In this document: positions 1-9,151 of the stretch, in pieces
How positions within the stretch are numbered: position 1 is the stretch's first letter
How the letters are laid out: each line of letters starts with the position of its first letter
Origin: Limnochordales bacterium
GTDB lineage: Bacteria; Bacillota; Limnochordia; Limnochordales; ZCTH02-B6
Length of the DNA: 64,000 nucleotides
Direction: 5' to 3'
Assembly: GCA_035304545.1 (NCBI GenBank)
Contig: DATGPV010000032.1
Span: 10,589 to 74,588 of the forward strand
The notes under the pieces: model-generated
The model's database searches: none
Told to the model about the DNA's origin: nothing
Seen by the model: only the letters and a program-made list of their open reading frames with translations
Translations under genes and position numbers: made by a program

Positions 1-271
1 CGATGAGATGACGGAGAACCCCGTCGGTGATGCGCAAGATCCGGTCCAGCTCGATGGCGGCCGCCGGGCTGCCCTCAAACTTCAGCAGCGCGTAGTAGCC
101 TTCGGTGTGCCCGGCGATCTCGTAGGCCAGCCGGCGCTTGCCCCAGCGGTCAATGTGGGTCACCTGCCCGCCCTGCCCGGTGACCGCGCCGGCAAAACGC
201 TCCAAGGCCGCCTCCAGCGCCTCCTCGTCCAGGCCGGGCTCCAGCACGACCATGGCCTCGTAAGGTCGCAC
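1..271 (-). CDS. rpsF: 30S ribosomal protein S6 (3' end runs off the window edge)
   Basis: Minus-strand frame is open to position 1. GTG at 271-269 is preceded by GGAGGAGG. It translates VRPYEAMVVLEPGLDEEALEAALERFAGAVTGQGGQVTHIDRWGKRRLAYEIAGHTEGYYALLKFEG..., which contains the S6 core WGKRRLAYEI. It is absent from the ORF track because there is no stop inside the window. Confidence 0.8.
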   Translation of the reverse strand, partial: MRPYEAMVVLEPGLDEEALEAALERFAGAVTGQGGQVTHIDRWGKRRLAYEIAGHTEGYYALLKFEGSPAAAIELDRILRITDGVLRHLI

Positions 272-400
272 CGCGGCCTCACCTCCTCCCTTTGGACTGT
301 GGCCCCAGACGCTGCCGGTCTGGAGCAGGGATATCGCCTGTGTATTATAACACCGGGGGCACGCCCCGGCAATCCGCGTTTCGGCCGAAGGGACGAGGGA

Positions 401-610
401 CTACGGGAGCGGTTCCTCCTCGATGACCCGGCGGACGATGGCCTTGACCTGCCGCTCGAAGCGGCGGCGCGGCAGCATCACCACGCGGCCGCACCCCAGG
501 CAGCGGATACGAAAGTCCATCCCGGTGCGCAGCACTTCCCACTGGTCGCTGCCGCAAGGATGGGGTTTGCGCATCTGCACCACGTCGCCCAAGTAGAACT
601 TGGTGGCCAC
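401..610 (-). CDS. DUF951 family small protein (YyzM-like)
   Basis: Last 69 codons of track ORF 401..754: VATKFYLGDVVQMRKPHPCGSDQWEVLRTGMDFRIRCLGCGRVVMLPRRRFERQV. This matches the KPHPCGS..W.....G.D.R..C..C pattern of DUF951. The gene lies directly upstream of rpsF, as in Bacillus. Start set at GTG 610; the upstream part of the ORF is Gly/Arg/Pro junk. Confidence 0.7.
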   Translation of the reverse strand: MATKFYLGDVVQMRKPHPCGSDQWEVLRTGMDFRIRCLGCGRVVMLPRRRFERQVKAIVRRVIEEEPLP

Positions 611-755
611 CCTAAGTCGCCCCGCCTCCCCCGGGCCCGCGCCAGGATGGGTTCCCGCCGCCGGGCCCCTGCCGATGAAGACCTCCGGGGATCGATCTTC
701 CCCGGCCCAAGGGCCCACTCCTGCCCCAGCGGTCCTGGCCCCTTGGGACTGCACC

Positions 756-1472
756 CTATCCGCCCAGGTAGGCTCGCTTTACCTCGGGGTCATGGAGGAT
801 GGCCTCCCCCGTGCCCTCGAAGCGCTTCCTGCCCAAGTCCATGACGATGGCGTGATCGGAGATGGACAAGGCCTTCTTCGCGTTTTGCTCCACCATGAGC
901 ACGGTGACGCCTTGCTCCCGAATCTCCAGCACCGTCTGGAACACCTCGTCCATCATGCGGGGCGACAGGCCCAGCGACGGCTCGTCCAGCATCAGGAGCT
1001 TGGGATGAAGCATGAGGGCCATGGCCATCTCCAGCACCTGCTGCTGGCCCCCCGAAAGGTTCCCGGCCAGCTCCCGGCGCTTTTCCCGCAGCATGGGAAA
1101 GCGATCGTACATGGCCTCGATGTCCTGCCGGACGCCGGGGTCGCTGCGGAGAAAGGCCCCCATCTCCAAATTCTCTTCAACGGTCATGAGGGGAAAGTTG
1201 ACGCGGCCCTGGAGCACCAGGGCGATGCCCCGGCGCAGGAGCTCCTTTGGGCTCCGGTTCTGGATCTCTTGCCCCTCAAAGCGGATGGTCCCCGACCAGA
1301 CCGGTACGAGGCCAAAGATGGCCTTGAGGGTGGTGGACTTGCCCGCACCGTTGGCGCCTATGATGGTCGCCACTTCGCCCCGGCACACTGCGAAGGACAC
1401 TCCGGAGAGCACCTGGATTTCCCCGTACCCTCCGACCACGTTCTCCACTTCGAGCAAGACTTCAGTGTCCAA
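756..1472 (-). CDS. livF: Branched-chain amino acid ABC transporter ATP-binding protein LivF
   Basis: 238 aa with Walker A GANGAGKSTT, the signature LSGGQQQ and Walker B LLMLDEP. It overlaps the livG stop by 11 nt. TTG start. Confidence 0.9.
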   Translation of the reverse strand: MDTEVLLEVENVVGGYGEIQVLSGVSFAVCRGEVATIIGANGAGKSTTLKAIFGLVPVWSGTIRFEGQEIQNRSPKELLRRGIALVLQGRVNFPLMTVEENLEMGAFLRSDPGVRQDIEAMYDRFPMLREKRRELAGNLSGGQQQVLEMAMALMLHPKLLMLDEPSLGLSPRMMDEVFQTVLEIREQGVTVLMVEQNAKKALSISDHAIVMDLGRKRFEGTGEAILHDPEVKRAYLGG

Positions 1473-2250
1473 AGTACGCCTCCAACACCTTGTCGTTTTG
1501 CTGAATTTCCGCCGGCAGGCCTTCAGCGATCTTCCGGCCCCGATCCAGGACGACGACCCGGTGGGAAATGTCCATCACCACCTCCATGTTGTGCTCCACC
1601 AGCAAAAACGCCTTGCCCTGCCGGTTGAGCTCGACGATATGCTCTTTCATGGCCTCCACGACGGTGGGGTTGACCGCCGCGGCCGGTTCGTCCAACAGCA
1701 GCAGGTCGGGGTCCGGCATCATGGCCGCGGCGAACGCGAGCAGCTTGCGCTGGCCGTAGGACAGGCTTCCCGCCGGATCGTGGCGCTTGTGAATGAGGCG
1801 AAACCGCTCCAGCCAATGCTCGGCCCGCTCGCGGGCTGCGCGCTCCAGGGCTTGCAGCGACCGGGTCGCGACGAGCCGCCGCCATAAACTGTCTTCTTGG
1901 TGCTGCTGCAGGGCCAGCAGCATGTTGTCCATGACCGAAAGGCGCGTGAACACCTTGACCGTCTGGAAGGTGCGGATCATGCCCAGCAGCGCGATGCGGT
2001 GGGGCGGCAGCCCTTGGATGGCCTGGCCCTTGAACCGCACGGTGCCCCCGTCGGGCGAGATGAAGCCCGACACGCAATTGAACAGCGTCGTCTTGCCCGA
2101 ACCGTTGGGGCCGATCAGGCTGACCAGTTCGCCCTGGCGAACATCCAAGTCCACCCCGTCCAATGCCTGAACGCCGTAAAACCGCTTCCGCACCCCCGGA
2201 TGGAAAGCAGGGCGTCCTTGCCGTCCCCGCTCATGCCATCTGCCCCCCAT
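1462..2250 (-). CDS. livG: Branched-chain amino acid ABC transporter ATP-binding protein LivG
   Basis: GPNGSGKTT, LSYGQRKLL, LLLLDEPAA and the LivG-type C-terminus VLEAYFG. Start is uncertain: ATG 2250 chosen; the track ORF extends to 2307. Confidence 0.85.
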   Translation of the reverse strand: MGGRWHERGRQGRPAFHPGVRKRFYGVQALDGVDLDVRQGELVSLIGPNGSGKTTLFNCVSGFISPDGGTVRFKGQAIQGLPPHRIALLGMIRTFQTVKVFTRLSVMDNMLLALQQHQEDSLWRRLVATRSLQALERAARERAEHWLERFRLIHKRHDPAGSLSYGQRKLLAFAAAMMPDPDLLLLDEPAAAVNPTVVEAMKEHIVELNRQGKAFLLVEHNMEVVMDISHRVVVLDRGRKIAEGLPAEIQQNDKVLEAYFGH

Positions 2251-3250
2251 CCCGGGGCTCCCACGCCGGGGCGGTCCCGCCGCCGCCGGGCGGCGCGCCG
2301 CGTGCACGCCAGCGCTGCTCCCAACGGCGAATCATGCCGTCGATGCCCTCCGGCATGCGGAGGATGAGCACCAGCAGCAGCGCCCCGTAGATGACCAGCC
2401 GCAGGCTGGGCGTGATCCGCAGCATCTCCGGCAGAAACGCGACCAGGACGGCGCCGATCACGACGCCCCGCACGCTGCCCACACCCCCGAGGAACACGAT
2501 CACCAGCAGGTCGATGGTCAAGTTCAAAGACATCTCCGTCGGGCACACGATGGTCACATAGCGGGCCCAAAAGGCGCCCGCGATGCCGGCGATGGCCGCT
2601 CCGAGGGCAAAGGCGACCATCTTGTACCGCAAGGGCGGAATGCCCATGGAAGCGGCGAGGGCCTCGTCGTCCCGCAGCGCGTGCAGGGAACGGCCCACCC
2701 GGGAGTGGATGACGCGGCGGATCACCGCGACAACCACCACGCAGAGGGCCAAGGCCACGTAGTACTGATCCGCCAGCGTGACAGCCCGCCACTGGCCGAA
2801 ACCAGGAAGGGACAGGCTCGGATACGGGATGCCCGTAATGCACATCGGTCCCCGGGTAAGATCTCAGTTGTGGGCCACGTACTGGGCGATCATGGCAAAG
2901 CCCAAAGTCCCCACCGACAGCGAGCGGGATGACAGCCGAAACACGGGAGACCCCATAGCCAGCGCGAGCCCTGAGGCCAGGGCCGCCGCCGCCGCGAGTT
3001 CCGTGCCGAAGCCCGTCATAAACCGCGTGCTCAAGATTCCGGCGGTATACGCGCCCACGCCGAAAAAAGCCGCGTGGCCCAAGGAAAGCGCCCCCAGGTG
3101 CCCGACGACCAAATCGTAGCTGAGGGCCAGCATGACGTAGATGAACGTCATCACCAACAGGTGGACCAAGTAGGGCACGGTGATGACGTGGGGCAGCGCC
3201 AGCATGGCCGCGGCCGCCGCGGCCGCCAGGACAGTGCGTCCCATCCTCAT
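2231..3250 (-). pseudogene. livM: LivM-type branched-chain amino acid ABC permease interrupted by one in-frame TGA (2866-2864)
   Basis: The C-terminal 128 codons of track ORF 2864..4513 (MRMGRTVLAAAA...TLGFAMIAQYVAHN*) and ORF 2231..2845 (MCITGIPYPSL...) are in the same frame. They are separated only by TGA plus 6 sense codons (DLTRGP). Joined, they read ...IAQYVAHN*DLTRGPMCITGIPYP, a continuous LivM motif. The ATG at 3250 overlaps the livH stop (ATGA). Confidence 0.6.
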
Positions 3251-4116
3251 ATTCCCACCCTGCGCCCAAACAATCCGTGGGGCCGGAAGGTGAGGACGAG
3301 CAGCAACACCGCGAAGGGCACCACTTCCCGGTAATCCGACGAGATGTAGCCCGCGGTGATGGCCTCGGCCAAGCCGATGAGGAAGGCCGAGACGAAAGCG
3401 CCCGCCACGTTGCCCGAGCCGCCCGCGATGACGACAGCAAAGGCCTTGAGGGTCAGCAGCAGCCCCATGCCGGGATAGACCTGGAACACCGGCGAGATCA
3501 GAGCACCGGCCAAGCCGCACAGCGCGCCGCCGATGGCCATGGCGATGCGGGCCACCACGACGGGGTCGATGCCCACCGCGCTGCAGGCTTCGCGGTTTTG
3601 GGCCATGGCCCGCATGGCCTTGCCAATCTTGGTGCGGCGCAACAGCGCCATCAGCACCCCAAAGGCAACGACGGTCCCCACCAACAGCAGCAGGCGCTGG
3701 CTGGATACCGTCAGGCCAAAGACGTGCAGCAGCTGGCGCGAGTAATCGGTGGGCACCTGGCGAGGGGTTGTCCCCCAAATTTGAATGGCGGCGTTGGCGA
3801 TGACGATCGAAGCCGCCAAGGTGGCCATCAACTGCACCTGCAGCGGCTTGGCCATGACCCGCTGCAGCACGATGGCATGAAAGGCCGCCCCCACCGCGGC
3901 CATGATGGCCATGGTCAGCACGATGGCCAGCCAATAGGGCAGCACGCCCGGCCCGTACACCATGAAAAAGGCGAAGGATCCCAGCATGAACAGCTCGCCG
4001 TGGGCGAAGTTGACGATCTCCGTCACGCCGAGGATCAAGCTTAATCCCACGGCGACCATGGCGTACAGGGCACCGAGGGTAATTCCGTTCAGCACCTGCT
4101 CCCCAAGCAACGCCAA
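3247..4116 (-). CDS. livH: Branched-chain amino acid ABC permease LivH
   Basis: 289 aa polytopic protein starting MALLGEQVLNGITLGALYAMVAVGLSLILG and containing ...NFAHGELFMLG. TTG start preceded by GGGAGGAAGAGGGG. Confidence 0.9.
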   Translation of the reverse strand: MALLGEQVLNGITLGALYAMVAVGLSLILGVTEIVNFAHGELFMLGSFAFFMVYGPGVLPYWLAIVLTMAIMAAVGAAFHAIVLQRVMAKPLQVQLMATLAASIVIANAAIQIWGTTPRQVPTDYSRQLLHVFGLTVSSQRLLLLVGTVVAFGVLMALLRRTKIGKAMRAMAQNREACSAVGIDPVVVARIAMAIGGALCGLAGALISPVFQVYPGMGLLLTLKAFAVVIAGGSGNVAGAFVSAFLIGLAEAITAGYISSDYREVVPFAVLLLVLTFRPHGLFGRRVGI

Positions 4117-4196
4117 CGTTCCCCTCTTCCTCCCTCAAAGAAGCAGGGGGGGTGCCGCGGCCAGCAGCCGCGGGCACCCCCATCCGGCGGGACCGG

Positions 4197-4924
4197 CTAC
4201 GGAGCGGTGGGCAGCGTCTGGATGAGGCGCACCTGGCCCCCCTCCAGGCGCGTGATGACCATGTTGGGATGGGCCTGGTTGTAGTCGTCAAACTCGATCT
4301 TGCCCAGGCCCGGCAACTCGACGCTGACGGCCGCCAGCGCCTCGCGGATCCCGGCCCGGTCGGTCTTGCCCGACTGCTCGATGGCCGCGGCCAGGACGTG
4401 CATGGCGTAGTAGGCCATGGCACCGTGGGCCCGCGGCGGCGTGTTCCAGCGCTCCTGGTGCAGCCGGTCCAGCTCGGGATCCTGGCCCAACGCCCAGAGC
4501 GTCGCTTCCTCAATCCCCTCGCCCATCGCCACGTCGGTCCCCATGGCTTCGATGAACTCCGCGGTCACCAGGCTGCCCCGGGAAAAGATCCTCTGGGTCA
4601 TGCCGACCTCGTGGAATTGGCGCACGAACACGGCCCCGTCCTTGGCTTCCATGATGAGAAGCAGCGCCTCGGGGTTCTGGGCCTTGACTTTGGTCAGCGT
4701 CGGACGGTAGTCCGCCTGCCCCTGCTCAAAGTACTCGACGCCCACCACTTGGACGCCCAGCTCGGCAAAGCGCTCCCGGTATTCCTGGGCCGCGCCCCGG
4801 CCGAAGTCGTTGTTGGCGGCGAAAATGGTCACGCGGCCCAGCCCTCTTGAACCCCGGCGGTCACGAGCATCGACACCGCCAGCAGCGCGACGAGGATCGG
4901 TTTGTTGACTGCTGACTTGACCAC
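4197..4924 (-). pseudogene. Remnant of the liv periplasmic/lipoprotein substrate-binding protein (N-terminal lobe deleted, frameshifted)
   Basis: ORF 4197..4832 (211 aa, VTIFAANNDFGRGAAQEYRERF...) matches only the second half of a type I BCAA-binding protein. A 31-codon ORF (4924..4829) has a good RBS (GGGAGG) and encodes just a signal peptide, VVKSAVNKPILVALLAVSMLVTAGVQEGWAA*. It ends in a TGA that overlaps the GTG of the 211-aa frame, one base out of frame. Confidence 0.6.
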
Positions 4925-4981
4925 TGGACTAACCTCCCTGCTTGGACCTGGAGACCTTTCTCTGCCCACGGAATCGCTGGT

Positions 4982-6256
4982 TCAGGCTCCCTCCGCGTCG
5001 AACCCGTACGTTTCCCGCAACACCTCCATCACCTGGGCCAGGGCGGGCCCGGACTCCGGGACCGGGGGAAGCCGCCGGGCCGTGGCCGCCGGATCCTTCA
5101 GCCCGGAGGATGTCAGCACTGCCACGATGCGGCTGCCGGGATCGATGCGCCCTGCCTGGAGCCCGTTGTGGAGGGCGGCCAGCGCGCAGGCCGAACTGGC
5201 TTCCACGTAAAGCCCCTCGTGCCGGGCCAGCTCCGCCTGGGCCCACATGATCGCGTCGTCATCGGCGGTAACAGCCAGCCCGTCGGACTCTTTGAGGGCG
5301 GCCAGCGCCTGGTGGGTCGAGTGGGTGCCGCCGATGGAAAAGGCCACCGTCTGGCCCCCGGGCACCGGCTCCCCTTCCTCCAAGCCCCGCTCCAAGGCCG
5401 CGGCCAGGGGGCCAAAGGGCTCCGCCGCGACCATGCGCGGCGCCGCCTGGGTCACGCCCAGGCGGCGCAGTTCCCAAAACCCTTTCCACGTGCCGTACAG
5501 GCCGTCGCCGAACGCGGTGGGCACGATGACGAAATCCGGGACTTGCCAGTCAAACTGCTCGGCGATCTCAAAGGCAATGGTCTTGTATCCCTCGATGCCG
5601 TAGGGGACGCTGCCCACCGGAGGATAAAATCCGTTGCTCACTGGAAACCAGCCAAACCGTTGGGCCGCCTGGGCCATCACGGCCCACCGGTCTTCCAAGG
5701 TGGGCAGCGCCACCACCGCCGCGCCGTAGGATTGCATCAGCGTTTTCATGGTCGTCGGCACCGACACGGTGGTGAGCACGACGCACCGCAGGCCCGCCCT
5801 GGCGGCGTACGCGGCCGCCGCGGCCCCGTGGTTGCCGGTGGAGGAGACGACGATGACGCGCGCCCCCTTTTGCCGGGCCACCGAGATGGCCACCGAACAG
5901 AGGCGGTCCTTGTAGGACCAGGTCGGATTGCGGGTCTCGTCTTTCACGTACAGCTCCTTGAGCCCCCACGCCCTGGCCAAGCCGTCGCACCGCAACAAGG
6001 GCGTATCGCCTTCCCCCAAGGTCACCGCGGCCCGCCGGCTCACCGGCAGGAGGGCGTCCCAGCGCCACAGGCCCCGCTGGCCGGCGGCGACGGCCTCATG
6101 GGGAAACCGGCCCTTGAGCGCGTCGTAATCGTAGACGCAGGTTCCGTTGGAGCGGGACTTCTCCGTCGCGCACGCCGGGCACCCGGCCAGGCTCGCGGGC
6201 CCGTCGTCAAACTCCCGCCCGCACCGGATGCAGCGCAGCCCGGCAAAGGCCGTCAC
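4982..6256 (-). CDS. Threonine synthase-like PLP-dependent enzyme with N-terminal Cys4 ribbon
   Basis: VTAFAGLRCIRCGREF...CPAC followed by the PLP-lysine motif ETRNPTWSYKDR and SSTGNHGAA. The GTG at 6256 overlaps the stop of the upstream M24 gene (GTGA). The upstream 133 codons of track ORF 4982..6655 are antisense junk. Confidence 0.75.
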   Translation of the reverse strand: MTAFAGLRCIRCGREFDDGPASLAGCPACATEKSRSNGTCVYDYDALKGRFPHEAVAAGQRGLWRWDALLPVSRRAAVTLGEGDTPLLRCDGLARAWGLKELYVKDETRNPTWSYKDRLCSVAISVARQKGARVIVVSSTGNHGAAAAAYAARAGLRCVVLTTVSVPTTMKTLMQSYGAAVVALPTLEDRWAVMAQAAQRFGWFPVSNGFYPPVGSVPYGIEGYKTIAFEIAEQFDWQVPDFVIVPTAFGDGLYGTWKGFWELRRLGVTQAAPRMVAAEPFGPLAAALERGLEEGEPVPGGQTVAFSIGGTHSTHQALAALKESDGLAVTADDDAIMWAQAELARHEGLYVEASSACALAALHNGLQAGRIDPGSRIVAVLTSSGLKDPAATARRLPPVPESGPALAQVMEVLRETYGFDAEGA

Positions 6257-7479
6257 CGCCGCCCACCTGCTTCCACCACGTACAGCTCCCGGGGCGTCTT
6301 GGTGAGCACTTGGCACCCGTCCTCGGTCACCACCACCACGTCCTCGATTTGCAGTCCGCCGAAGCCCAGTTCGTAGTAGGGGGTTTCCACGTTGAGCACC
6401 ATGCCCGGCTCCAGCACCGTATCGTCGCCGGGGCGCAAGACCGGCGGATCGTAAACTTCCAGTCCGATGCCGTGGCCCACGTGCTGGCGCCGGTAGTGGG
6501 GAATCCCGGCTTCGCGGACGGCTTCCACCGCCTGGGCAAACACTTGGCCCGCCGTGGCCCCGGGCCGGACCGCCGCGATGGCAGCATCCTCGCCGATGAC
6601 CAGAGCCCGGTAGTACTCGGTGACCCGCGGGCCCGGCTCCCCAAAGACGGCGCACCGCGACAAGTCGGCCCAGTAGTGCTCATAGATGCAGCCCACGTCA
6701 AAGCGCACGATGTCGCCGGGGGCCAGGCGGCGTTCCCCGGGCGTCGCGTTGGGATACGCGCTGTGGGGGCCAAACCCGATGACCGATAGAACCGGCCGGG
6801 CGCCGTGGGCCACCAGCGTCTCCTCAAAAATGCGCTGGGCTTCCCGCTCGGTCATGCCCTCCCGCAGGCGGCCGATGACGGCCATCATGCCTTCCTCGGT
6901 GATGTGGGCGGCCCGCTGGAGCCGGGCCTGCTCCGCCGGGCTTTTCACCATCCGGGCCCGCATGATGGCGTCGGCCGCCGGCACTATCTCCACGCCGGGG
7001 AGGGCCGCCGCGAGCTGGGCCCGGACGCTGGCGGGCATTCCCGCCTCGTCCACCCCGATGCGGGCCGCGGGCAGCAGGGCCCGCACCGCGTCCAGCAGGG
7101 CGTCTTGGGGGCTGGCCGCGGGGCGTTGGACCGCCAGCCGGGCCAGTTCCTCATCCTCGGCCGCCAAGGCCCCGGGCGCTGGCTCGATGCCCGCGACGCC
7201 CGGGGGTTCCACAAAGAAGGTGCCGTAGGCGCAGACGCCCCCCAAAGGGGGACGGCGCTCGGCCACCAGATCCGCGTCGGAGATGGGCAGGACGACCAGG
7301 GGCGGGGCCGCGGGGTCCTTGGGCACCAGGGCGTAGGCTTGCACGTTGGCCATGAGCCACTGGCCCAGGCTGTACACCCCGGAGCAGTAAAGGACATTGG
7401 GCGGCGTGGCGGCAATCAGGATATCCAGCCCGCGGGCCTCCATGGCGGCCGCCAGCCGCTGGCGCTGAAACGATTCCAA
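6253..7479 (-). CDS. M24 family metallopeptidase (Xaa-Pro aminopeptidase/creatinase-like)
   Basis: 408 aa with a creatinase-like N-domain and a pita-bread fold: DVGCIYEHYWADLSR, HVGHGIGLEVYDPP, NVETPYY. TTG start after GGAGGG. Confidence 0.85.
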   Translation of the reverse strand: MESFQRQRLAAAMEARGLDILIAATPPNVLYCSGVYSLGQWLMANVQAYALVPKDPAAPPLVVLPISDADLVAERRPPLGGVCAYGTFFVEPPGVAGIEPAPGALAAEDEELARLAVQRPAASPQDALLDAVRALLPAARIGVDEAGMPASVRAQLAAALPGVEIVPAADAIMRARMVKSPAEQARLQRAAHITEEGMMAVIGRLREGMTEREAQRIFEETLVAHGARPVLSVIGFGPHSAYPNATPGERRLAPGDIVRFDVGCIYEHYWADLSRCAVFGEPGPRVTEYYRALVIGEDAAIAAVRPGATAGQVFAQAVEAVREAGIPHYRRQHVGHGIGLEVYDPPVLRPGDDTVLEPGMVLNVETPYYELGFGGLQIEDVVVVTEDGCQVLTKTPRELYVVEAGGRR

Positions 7480-7515
7480 TGGCGTTCCCTCCGCATCGTT
7501 GGCATGGAAGCCGCC

Positions 7516-8241
7516 TCACCGGCGGCGAACCAAGGTGAACTGGTACACTTCAGAACGGACGCTGGTTTGCGCCCAGTACAGGGCCTTGCCTCCCGCGTCG
7601 TAGGCGGTGCCTTCCAGGACGACCAAAGGCGTCCCGGCCGCCACCCCGAGGGCCGCCTGGGTTTCCGGGTCCGGCATGGCTGCCCGGATAGAAAGGATGG
7701 CGTACTGCACGGCGGCGCCCACCTCCTCGCTAAAGAAGCGCAGCAACGAGTCGTAGCGGCGGCGCCCCTCGATCTTCACCGCCTCGGGCAGCGCGCCGGC
7801 CGGGACGTAATCCCGCGAATAGATGACGGGCACGCCGTCGGACGTGCGCACGCTGATGATGAGGTGGCCGGAACTGCCGGGCTCCACGCCCAGCGCCCGG
7901 GCGATGGCTTCGGGAAGGGCCGTCGGCCGGATGTCCAGCACGCGGTCCTCGGCCCGGTGGCCCGAGCGGCGGATGGCTTCGGTGAAGCTTTCCAGCCGCT
8001 CCAGGCCCGCCCGGATGGCCTGGGTATGGGGTGTTACAAAGGAGCCGATCCCGTGGTGGCGGGTGATGAGGGCTTCCTCTTCCAGGATTCTCAGCGCTTC
8101 CCGCAGCGTAGTGCGGGAAACGCCCAACTCCGCGGCCAGTTCGGCCTCGGGCTTCAACCGGCTGCCGGGCGGCAGCTGGCCCGACTCGATCCATTCCCGC
8201 AGTCGCGCCGCCACCAGTTGCGCGAGCCTTGGCTTTCGCAT
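7516..8241 (-). CDS. GntR/HutC family transcriptional regulator (wHTH + UTRA)
   Basis: MRKPRLAQLVAARLREWIESGQLPPGSRLKPEAELAAELGVSRTTLREALRILEEEALI plus a UTRA-like C-domain. ATG start after GGGAGGAAA. Confidence 0.85.
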   Translation of the reverse strand: MRKPRLAQLVAARLREWIESGQLPPGSRLKPEAELAAELGVSRTTLREALRILEEEALITRHHGIGSFVTPHTQAIRAGLERLESFTEAIRRSGHRAEDRVLDIRPTALPEAIARALGVEPGSSGHLIISVRTSDGVPVIYSRDYVPAGALPEAVKIEGRRRYDSLLRFFSEEVGAAVQYAILSIRAAMPDPETQAALGVAAGTPLVVLEGTAYDAGGKALYWAQTSVRSEVYQFTLVRRR

Positions 8242-8307
8242 TTTCCTCCCCCGGGGTGCGGCCGTGCATCTCGGGAGAACCTGGTTCTCGGCCGTAATGT
8301 TTCTACA

Positions 8308-8339
8308 AGTCCAGTCGTTGGACGTCTAATGACTGGACT
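8308..8339. promoter_or_regulatory. 9-bp perfect inverted repeat AGTCCAGTC-N14-GACTGGACT upstream of the GntR gene (candidate operator)
   Basis: Read directly. The arms at 8308-8316 and 8331-8339 are exact reverse complements, and an internal GTCCA/TGGAC repeat is also present. It lies in the relatively AT-rich divergent region between the GntR gene and rpsD. Confidence 0.35.
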
Positions 8340-8511
8340 ATTGGCCTTAAAACCAAAAAATCCTGCCGCCATCGGCGGTCATCCCGGGGCGATGCGCGAA
8401 AAAAGCTCTTGATGCGCGAGCCGCAAAGGTATAAGGTATTAGGGTGGATCCCCGTATGTTCCCGTGGCTGCTGGCGAACATTACAGGTGGATATTGGAGG
8501 ATCAGCAGAGG

Positions 8512-9117
8512 ATGGCAAGACTGACCGGACCCAAGCACCGCATCTGCCGGCGGGTCGGCGAGCCCATTTGCGGATCGCCCAAGTGCCCCGCGTTGAAGCG
8601 CCCGTATCCGCCGGGCCAGCATGGGCGGGCGCCCCGGCGGAAGATGTCCGAGTACGGCCGGCAGCTTTTGGAGAAGCAGAAGCTCAAGGCCATTTACGGC
8701 GTCTCCGAGACGTATCTGCGCAACTTGTTCGCGAAGGCGGCCCGCTACCGCGGCCGCACGGGCGAGCTGGTGCTGCAGCTGCTTGAGACGCGGCTGGACA
8801 ACGTGGTGTACCGCCTGGGCCTCGCGCCCACGCTGCCCGCGGCACGGCAGCTGGTGAACCACGGCCACGTCACCGTGGACGGCCGCAAGGTGGACATCCC
8901 CTCCTACCAGGTGAAGCCGGGCCAGGTGGTGGGCCTCCGGGAGAAGTCCCGCAACCTGGACCTGGTGGTCAGCACCTTGGAGGCGGGTCCGCCCACCGTG
9001 CCCTACGTGGAAGTGGACCCGGAAAGCCGCTCGGGCAAGCTGCTGCGCCTGCCGGCCCGGGACGAGATCCCCATCAAGGTCAACGAAACCCTGGTGGTGG
9101 AGTTCTACGCGCGGTAA
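8512..9117 (+). CDS. rpsD: 30S ribosomal protein S4
   Basis: MARLTGPKHRICRRVGEPICGSPKCPALKRPYPPGQHGR...YGVSETYLRNLF...LDNVVYRLGLAPT. ATG at 8512 lies 11 nt after GGAGG. Confidence 0.95.
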   Translation: MARLTGPKHRICRRVGEPICGSPKCPALKRPYPPGQHGRAPRRKMSEYGRQLLEKQKLKAIYGVSETYLRNLFAKAARYRGRTGELVLQLLETRLDNVVYRLGLAPTLPAARQLVNHGHVTVDGRKVDIPSYQVKPGQVVGLREKSRNLDLVVSTLEAGPPTVPYVEVDPESRSGKLLRLPARDEIPIKVNETLVVEFYAR

Positions 9118-9151
9118 CGCGCGCGGCGGCCCGCGGCGTTGGCGGGCCATC

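Noticed and set aside
2864-2866. The idea that TGA is reassigned (Trp or Sec) in this organism, explaining the livM in-frame TGA.
   Set aside because: Many well-defined genes in the window terminate at TGA exactly where homologues end (livH, livG, rsmG, parA, yidC, M24). No SECIS-like hairpin is evident after the livM TGA.
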